64,000 bases of DNA, taken from positions 992,001 to 1,056,000 of the forward strand of contig PS015009.1 in NCBI GenBank assembly GCA_048213135.1, read 5' to 3'. A program made the translations under genes and the position numbers. Positions 58,623 through 64,000 of this stretch are shown piece by piece. The DNA comes from Reclinomonas americana ATCC 50394 (Eukaryota). The notes under the pieces are model-generated. The model searched no databases. It was not told the origin of the DNA and saw only the letters and a list, made by a program, of their open reading frames with translations. The number at the start of each line of letters is the position of its first letter. Positions within the stretch are counted from its first letter, which is position 1.

Positions 58623-58653
58623 TTTTTTTTGCATAGCCTCCCTGTTTTTATGG

Positions 58654-58679
58654 TCCCGCCCTTTGTGGCGGGATTTTTT
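58654..58679 (+). terminator. Terminator after the heme-uptake locus
   Basis: tcccgcc-ctttgt-ggcggga then T-run. Confidence 0.75.
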
Positions 58680-58729
58680 ATGGCAGGCGGGGAAGATGGT
58701 GAATGGTCATATCCCAGGCTATGTACTTG

Positions 58730-59247
58730 TTATTGCTTCGTAAACACTAAGTTTTTGGGTAATGTGAAACCATAATCAAAGGAGGGATCTGATGATTTGC
58801 TGTAGTGTAAGCCTTCTGTATTTTCTAATTTCCAGGTGAATTGGTTTTGTTGTGAGTTGAGTACGAGGGTTAATTTTCCCGGTTTATTGTTTTTGGGCCT
58901 GTCCGTTAATATACCTTCTGCTTTAGGGTCGTTTTGAATATACTCGTTCCATAGCAAAATGGTTCTTGCCGCTATATTATTAATACTATTAAATGAACTT
59001 TCGATAATCGTACTCCCTTTCTTGTAAAAATGCCAGCCTACCAATAAATCGACATAATAATCATCCATGTATACTTTTTTGTAGTCAGGAATATTTTTAT
59101 AGTATCATTTCCATTGACCCATTGCCATGTACCATGAAAAGCCGTCATCGTTTTATTGGGATAATAAGGCAGGGAATCATTCCCTCTTGCTTTCAGATCG
59201 CCGGAAATTAAATAAACGATTCCAAGTGACAATAGTATTTTTTTCAT
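58730..59247 (-). pseudogene. DUF6705-like exported protein copy 2, frameshifted in T6 run (59075-59080); candidate immunity protein
   Basis: ORFs 59038..59247 and 58730..59068 join as TTKKVYMDDYYVDLLVGWH with one added base, matching paralog ITKKVFMRAYYIDLLVGWH. Confidence 0.75.
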
Positions 59248-59258
59248 TTAATGATCAT

Positions 59259-59762
59259 TTATTGTTTCTGAAGCACCATATTTCGCGGAAGTGTGATACC
59301 GGCTGGAGGTATTGGCATAGAAGAAGGATAAATATGGCCTTCAGATTCTGTGCATTCCCAAACCAGCTGGTTTTGCGCAGGGTTGATTGTGAGATAAAGC
59401 ATATTTGTTTTTGATGCCTTTGAAATATCTTTAATTACTCCATGCACGTCCGGATTGTTGGGAACATAGTAATTCCACAATTTGATTGTTTCGGTACCTG
59501 GTACATTAATATTGTTGAACGAGCTTTCAATAATAGCATTTCCTCTTTTATATAAATGCCACCCAACAAGCAAGTCTATATAATAGGCTCGCATAAACAC
59601 TTTCTTTGTAATAAGGTAGATTTTTACTGTATCTGTTCCGTTTACCCATTGCCATGTACCATGAAAAGCAGCCATCGTATTATTGGTAACATACTCAACC
59701 TGAGTCATGCCAGATTTATTTAATAGAATTGTACAAATCGCTATCAGTACTATTTTTTTCAT
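59259..59762 (-). CDS. DUF6705-like exported protein copy 1; candidate immunity protein
   Basis: Signal peptide; FHGTWQWVNG.DT.KI, YYIDLLVGW, TLPRNMVLQKQ; AT-rich. Confidence 0.75.
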   Translation of the reverse strand: MKKIVLIAICTILLNKSGMTQVEYVTNNTMAAFHGTWQWVNGTDTVKIYLITKKVFMRAYYIDLLVGWHLYKRGNAIIESSFNNINVPGTETIKLWNYYVPNNPDVHGVIKDISKASKTNMLYLTINPAQNQLVWECTESEGHIYPSSMPIPPAGITLPRNMVLQKQ

Positions 59763-59794
59763 TGATGAAGAATTTAAAACTTAGAACACATACT

Positions 59795-61471
59795 CTACTG
59801 ACAAGGAGCATTTTCGGACAGTCCAGTATTTGAATTATATTGTATTGGCTGCCATCCTGCAAAAGAAGTATTGCCTCGAAACAATTTCAAACCACTATTT
59901 CCAAAGGAATTAGACATTAAATACTTGAGAAAAAAATTTTCGTTATCTGTATCACTATTCATTTTCCATATCTTAGCCTTCTCAAAATCTGAATAAATTT
60001 CATTGCCAGCAGAAACGTAAAGCTCAGCCCACTTTCTAAACTTTGTCAGGTTTTCAATTTTTAGAAGATATTGTGTTGTAGGTGTTACCAAAGCCATTTC
60101 AAAACTTGCAGGGTCTTGAATATTACCGCTATTGAAATTGGCACACATGGTAAAAATGTCGTCAGGGCTAAAAACTGGTAACCCTTTCACGCCATTTGCA
60201 TTGAAATGGCTGTGCACCATACCTCCGATTATATTAGCATTTATGATATCAGGTAAGCCTAATTTGTTGGGCATGCCCTGCAACAAACCATGATCCGTAT
60301 TTCCAAAAACTCCTAACGTATCTCTCGCAATGAGATATCCGAACTCCCTATTATTCCCTGTAGGACTGTTAAGCGAGTCTTTCATTTCCTGCAGGTAACT
60401 GATAAAAGAAGCGCTGGTGGTAAGCTGGTTAGCATCGCCGCATACATCCAGTATCGTGTCCTGCGGCGGCGGTTCCGGCAATGGAGGTAAGGGATCGCAG
60501 GGGTTGGGCTCAGGTATAAAATTGTACCAGGCTTCGCCACCAATGGGAGGAATACAGTTACCCGGGCCGGGCAGGTTGCCACCTCCTCCACCTCCTCCAC
60601 CGCCGCCGGAGCCGCCCCCGGGCATAGGAGGAAAAGGACCAGTTGTACCGCCGCCGGTAGGGAAATTATTGGGATAGCCGCCACCGATAATGATGGTATG
60701 GCAGTCTACAGTAGCACATACGGCAAGGCAATTGTCGCAGGAGCCTCCCGGACCAAGGCAGAATCCGGGCGTATACGGACAATGGTTTTCTTTCACACAG
60801 ATCTCTACCGAAATAAAGTTATTCGTACTGTCGCCACCCGCCGGGGGAACCATCTCCAGCACACGCTTGCCATCCTCACCCGTTTTGGTGTTGGCGGTAA
60901 ACAAATGATTGGGCAGATGATAGAAAGTCGTTGTACCAAAACTGCGGTTCTCCATAAAAAAGAACAGGAGCAGCTGGTTCTTTACCCATGTGGTATCAAT
61001 GCCGGGTGTATGACAAATAGAATACAGGTAATGGTTCACATCATAACAGGTAACAGTACTGATGCTGTCTTCTTCCTGCGTAGCTACCAGGATGGAACTG
61101 AGACTTTGGTTACTCTCCGTCAGCGGGATGATAATGGTGGAAGAACTGTCTCCGCCCCGTAACAGTCCGCTGTTTTTCTGAACGGCCAGTTTCTGCCACA
61201 GGGGCAAGCCGCAATGCGCCGGTAGATTTTTCACAAAACCGGTCTTTTCATTTTTTTCCCACAACAATTGTATGATCCTTTGTACAGGAGCGGATGTACC
61301 AGGCGTGGTATTAAAAAAGCTCTGTTCAAAACCCGGTTCATGCGGGGGCATCGTTGTAAAATCCCTCCTGGTACAGGATAAAAGAGAGAAAAATGCGGTG
61401 ATCATCAACAGCAACGCCGTTTGCAAGCAGTTCCGGGCGAGACGGCCATACAGGGTATAGAAATGGATCAT
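59795..61471 (-). CDS. Predicted lipoprotein with Cys-rich segment, Gly/Pro linker and C-terminal JAB/MPN-like domain (candidate polymorphic toxin)
   Basis: Lipobox LLSC; 7-Cys cluster; GGGSGGGGGGGGGG; NREFGYLI...GMVHSH...VFSPDD. Confidence 0.7.
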   Translation of the reverse strand: MIHFYTLYGRLARNCLQTALLLMITAFFSLLSCTRRDFTTMPPHEPGFEQSFFNTTPGTSAPVQRIIQLLWEKNEKTGFVKNLPAHCGLPLWQKLAVQKNSGLLRGGDSSSTIIIPLTESNQSLSSILVATQEEDSISTVTCYDVNHYLYSICHTPGIDTTWVKNQLLLFFFMENRSFGTTTFYHLPNHLFTANTKTGEDGKRVLEMVPPAGGDSTNNFISVEICVKENHCPYTPGFCLGPGGSCDNCLAVCATVDCHTIIIGGGYPNNFPTGGGTTGPFPPMPGGGSGGGGGGGGGGNLPGPGNCIPPIGGEAWYNFIPEPNPCDPLPPLPEPPPQDTILDVCGDANQLTTSASFISYLQEMKDSLNSPTGNNREFGYLIARDTLGVFGNTDHGLLQGMPNKLGLPDIINANIIGGMVHSHFNANGVKGLPVFSPDDIFTMCANFNSGNIQDPASFEMALVTPTTQYLLKIENLTKFRKWAELYVSAGNEIYSDFEKAKIWKMNSDTDNENFFLKYLMSNSFGNSGLKLFRGNTSFAGWQPIQYNSNTGLSENAPCQ

Positions 61472-61755
61472 CTTTCGGGTTAAATCGGATTATTTTAAAA
61501 GCAGGGTACACTTTTACAGACCAATACGAGAAGGAAAAGTTGCAGGGTGATATTTCTAAATATGACAAACGTGCTTAAACTGCATACAGGTTTACAAAAA
61601 TCATATCCGGGAAATAAATTTAGCAAGATCAAGTCCCATCTGCCTGATATTATAGTACCCCGTCCAGCTGACGAAAACCAACCCAGCCGATCACCTGAAC
61701 AGGTTTATTTCGGGACATCAAATTGAGTTAAATTGCAGTTGATAAAACAATAGCC

Positions 61756-63795
61756 GTGGGATTCAAACTTCATTCTCCGTACAGCCCGGCAGGCGATCAG
61801 CCGGAAGCCATCCGCCAACTGACAGAAGGCCTCATGCGGGGCGAAAAATACCAGTGCCTGCTGGGCGTTACCGGCAGTGGTAAAACCTTCACCATGGCCA
61901 ACGTCATTAATAATGTACAGCGGCCCACACTGGTACTCACCCACAACAAAACACTGGTGGCCCAGCTCTACGGCGAATTCAAACAATTTTTTCCTGACAA
62001 TGCCGTGGGTTACTTCGTGAGTTATTACGACTACTACCAGCCCGAGGCCTACCTGCCTGTGAGCAATATTTATATTGAAAAAGACCTGAGCATTAACGAG
62101 GAACTCGATAAACTGCGCCTTCAGGCCACAGCACAACTGCTGAGCGGCAGGCGTGATATTATAGTGGTAGCCAGTGTGAGTTGCATCTATGGTATGGGTA
62201 ATCCTACCGATTACGAGAATGGTATCATCCGCATTCACCAGGGACAGGTCATATCCAGGCAGGGTTTTCTGCATGCGCTGGTAAACTCACTGTACAACCG
62301 CAGCGAAATAGAATTTAACCGTGGCTCCTTCCGTGTGAAAGGCGATACTATCGACATCAACCTGCCTTACGTGGACTTCGGCTACCGCATCACTTTTTTC
62401 GGTGACGAGATCGAAAGCATTGAAACACTGGAACTGAGCAGCGGTAAACGCATCAGCAGCGTGGAGAACGCGGCCATCTTCCCGGCCAACCTGTACGTGG
62501 CGCCCAAGGATATGCTGCAGCAGGTGATACACGAAATACAGGATGAATGCAACGCACAGACAGAATACTTTAAAGCCAGCGGTAAATATATAGAAGCCCA
62601 GCGCATCGACGAGAGAGTGAACTACGACCTGGAAATGATCCGCGAACTGGGCTACTGCAATGGCATCGAAAACTATTCCCGTTTCTTCGACAGGCGGCAA
62701 CCAGGCACCCGGCCTTTCTGCCTGCTGGATTATTTTCCGCAGGATTTTTTGCTGATGATAGATGAAAGTCACCAGACCATTCCGCAGGTGAGCGGCATGT
62801 ACGGTGGCGACCGCAGCAGGAAACTGATACTGGTGGATTACGGCTTCCGCCTGCCCAGCGCACTCGATAACCGCCCGCTCAACTTTCACGAATTTGAACA
62901 GCTTACCAACCAGACCATCTTCGTATCGGCCACACCCGGTGATTATGAACTGGAAAAATCGGAAGGCATTGTGGTGGAACAGGTGGTGCGCCCGACAGGA
63001 CTGCTGGACCCGCCGATCGAGATCCGTCCTTCGGTGAACCAGATCGACGACCTGCTGGAAGAGATCGACAAGCGGGTAACCAAGGGCGACCGCGTATTGG
63101 TGACCACGCTTACCAAACGCATGGCAGAGGAAATGGACAAATACCTGCAGCGCATCAACATCAAAAGCAAATACATACACAGCGAAGTGGATGCATTGGA
63201 ACGTGTGGAGATATTAAGAGAACTGCGCTTAGGCGTGATCGATGTACTGGTGGGTGTTAACCTGCTTCGTGAAGGACTCGATCTGCCGGAAGTATCCCTG
63301 GTAGCAGTGCTGGACGCGGATAAAGAAGGTTTTTTACGGAATGAAAAAAGTCTTACCCAAACAGCCGGACGTGCCGCCCGTAACGCAGACGGACTCGTGA
63401 TTTTTTATGCCGATACCATGACGGAGAGTATGCAGAAGACGATCGATGAAACCAACCGTCGCCGCGATAAACAGATGGCCCACAACCTGGAACATGGCAT
63501 TACCCCGAAAACAGTAGTGAAAAGCAAGGAGCAGATCATGGCCCAGGGCTCAGTACTGGATGTAAAAGGTTATGATCCTTCCAATACTTATGCCTTAGCC
63601 GCGGATGAAGAACTGGTGAATGTTGCCGCGGAGGACCAGGAAACCTACAAAACCATACCCCAGCTGGAAAAAGCCATCGCCAAAGTAAAAAAGACGATGG
63701 AAAAAGCAGCGAAAGACCTCGATTTTATGGAAGCCGCAAGACTGAGGGATGAAATGTTCCGGATGAAAAAACAACTCGACGAGATGAAAGCTTAG
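61756..63795 (+). CDS. uvrB: Excinuclease ABC subunit B
   Basis: PAGDQPEAI, GVTGSGKT, FVSYYDYYQPEAY, DESH, YGFRLPSALDNRPL, NLLREGLDLPEV, UVR C-domain. Confidence 0.98.
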   Translation: MGFKLHSPYSPAGDQPEAIRQLTEGLMRGEKYQCLLGVTGSGKTFTMANVINNVQRPTLVLTHNKTLVAQLYGEFKQFFPDNAVGYFVSYYDYYQPEAYLPVSNIYIEKDLSINEELDKLRLQATAQLLSGRRDIIVVASVSCIYGMGNPTDYENGIIRIHQGQVISRQGFLHALVNSLYNRSEIEFNRGSFRVKGDTIDINLPYVDFGYRITFFGDEIESIETLELSSGKRISSVENAAIFPANLYVAPKDMLQQVIHEIQDECNAQTEYFKASGKYIEAQRIDERVNYDLEMIRELGYCNGIENYSRFFDRRQPGTRPFCLLDYFPQDFLLMIDESHQTIPQVSGMYGGDRSRKLILVDYGFRLPSALDNRPLNFHEFEQLTNQTIFVSATPGDYELEKSEGIVVEQVVRPTGLLDPPIEIRPSVNQIDDLLEEIDKRVTKGDRVLVTTLTKRMAEEMDKYLQRINIKSKYIHSEVDALERVEILRELRLGVIDVLVGVNLLREGLDLPEVSLVAVLDADKEGFLRNEKSLTQTAGRAARNADGLVIFYADTMTESMQKTIDETNRRRDKQMAHNLEHGITPKTVVKSKEQIMAQGSVLDVKGYDPSNTYALAADEELVNVAAEDQETYKTIPQLEKAIAKVKKTMEKAAKDLDFMEAARLRDEMFRMKKQLDEMKA

Positions 63796-63796
63796 A

Positions 63797-64000
63797 TCAG
63801 TTGGTCAGTTGTAACTTCCCGCTGTCATCAATGGTATAAATGGCTACCTTTTTCTTATCCTGTTCCTTTTCGGCAAAATCGTTGAGCGTAGTAATGGTAA
63901 TGGTCTTGTCTTTTATCACCGATGTAATGGCCATAAAACCTTCCGCATTGTCGTAATACACATCCTGCTGACCGGTGATACTACCTGAAGGATCATATAC
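63797..64000 (-). CDS. Hypothetical protein, C-terminal fragment (truncated by the window edge)
   Basis: Open minus frame VYDPSGSITGQQDVYY...KKKVAIYTIDDSGKLQLTN, stop at 63797-63799. Confidence 0.6.
   Translation of the reverse strand, partial: VYDPSGSITGQQDVYYDNAEGFMAITSVIKDKTITITTLNDFAEKEQDKKKVAIYTIDDSGKLQLTN

Noticed and set aside
61517-61543. GCAAC-N17-GTCT motif upstream of the candidate toxin as a target of the ECF sigma at 20196..20747
   Set aside because: Spacing differs from the motif upstream of the sigma gene (N15), and such short motifs arise by chance

Overview
A 64 kb stretch of a Bacteroidota chromosome, most likely Chitinophagaceae. This is inferred from TAnnTTTG -7 promoter boxes, HmuY, DUF2911/DUF4197/DUF5916-type genes and lipoprotein signals. 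Most of the window is core or housekeeping: lysS, typA, uvrB, coaX, lptC, meaB, DPP-IV, a TetR-TolC-EmrAB efflux operon, an SdpR/SdpI pair, an ECF sigma/anti-sigma cassette, glycosyltransferases and a HmuY-type heme-uptake locus. There are two AT-rich accessory segments. At the left edge is a truncated SF1 helicase followed by a RadC with an Rpn-like tail. At 58.7-61.5 kb is a predicted lipoprotein with a Cys-rich/poly-Gly linker and an AT-rich JAB/MPN-like C-terminal domain, followed by two paralogous exported proteins, which fits a candidate polymorphic toxin-immunity module. Two other notable inferences: (i) a His-rich leader ORF ending in RGPP directly upstream of a Fur-family regulator that lacks its His motif, with repeated TGCAAC-N3-GTTGCA-like boxes; (ii) an exported protein in the ECF cassette carrying a dense array of Bacteroidota O-glycosylation sequons. 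Three genes are broken by single-base indels in A/T homopolymers, probably assembly errors and possibly phase variation. I recognised no rRNA, tRNA, CRISPR array or intact transposase. Family names come from recalled motifs, not database searches.
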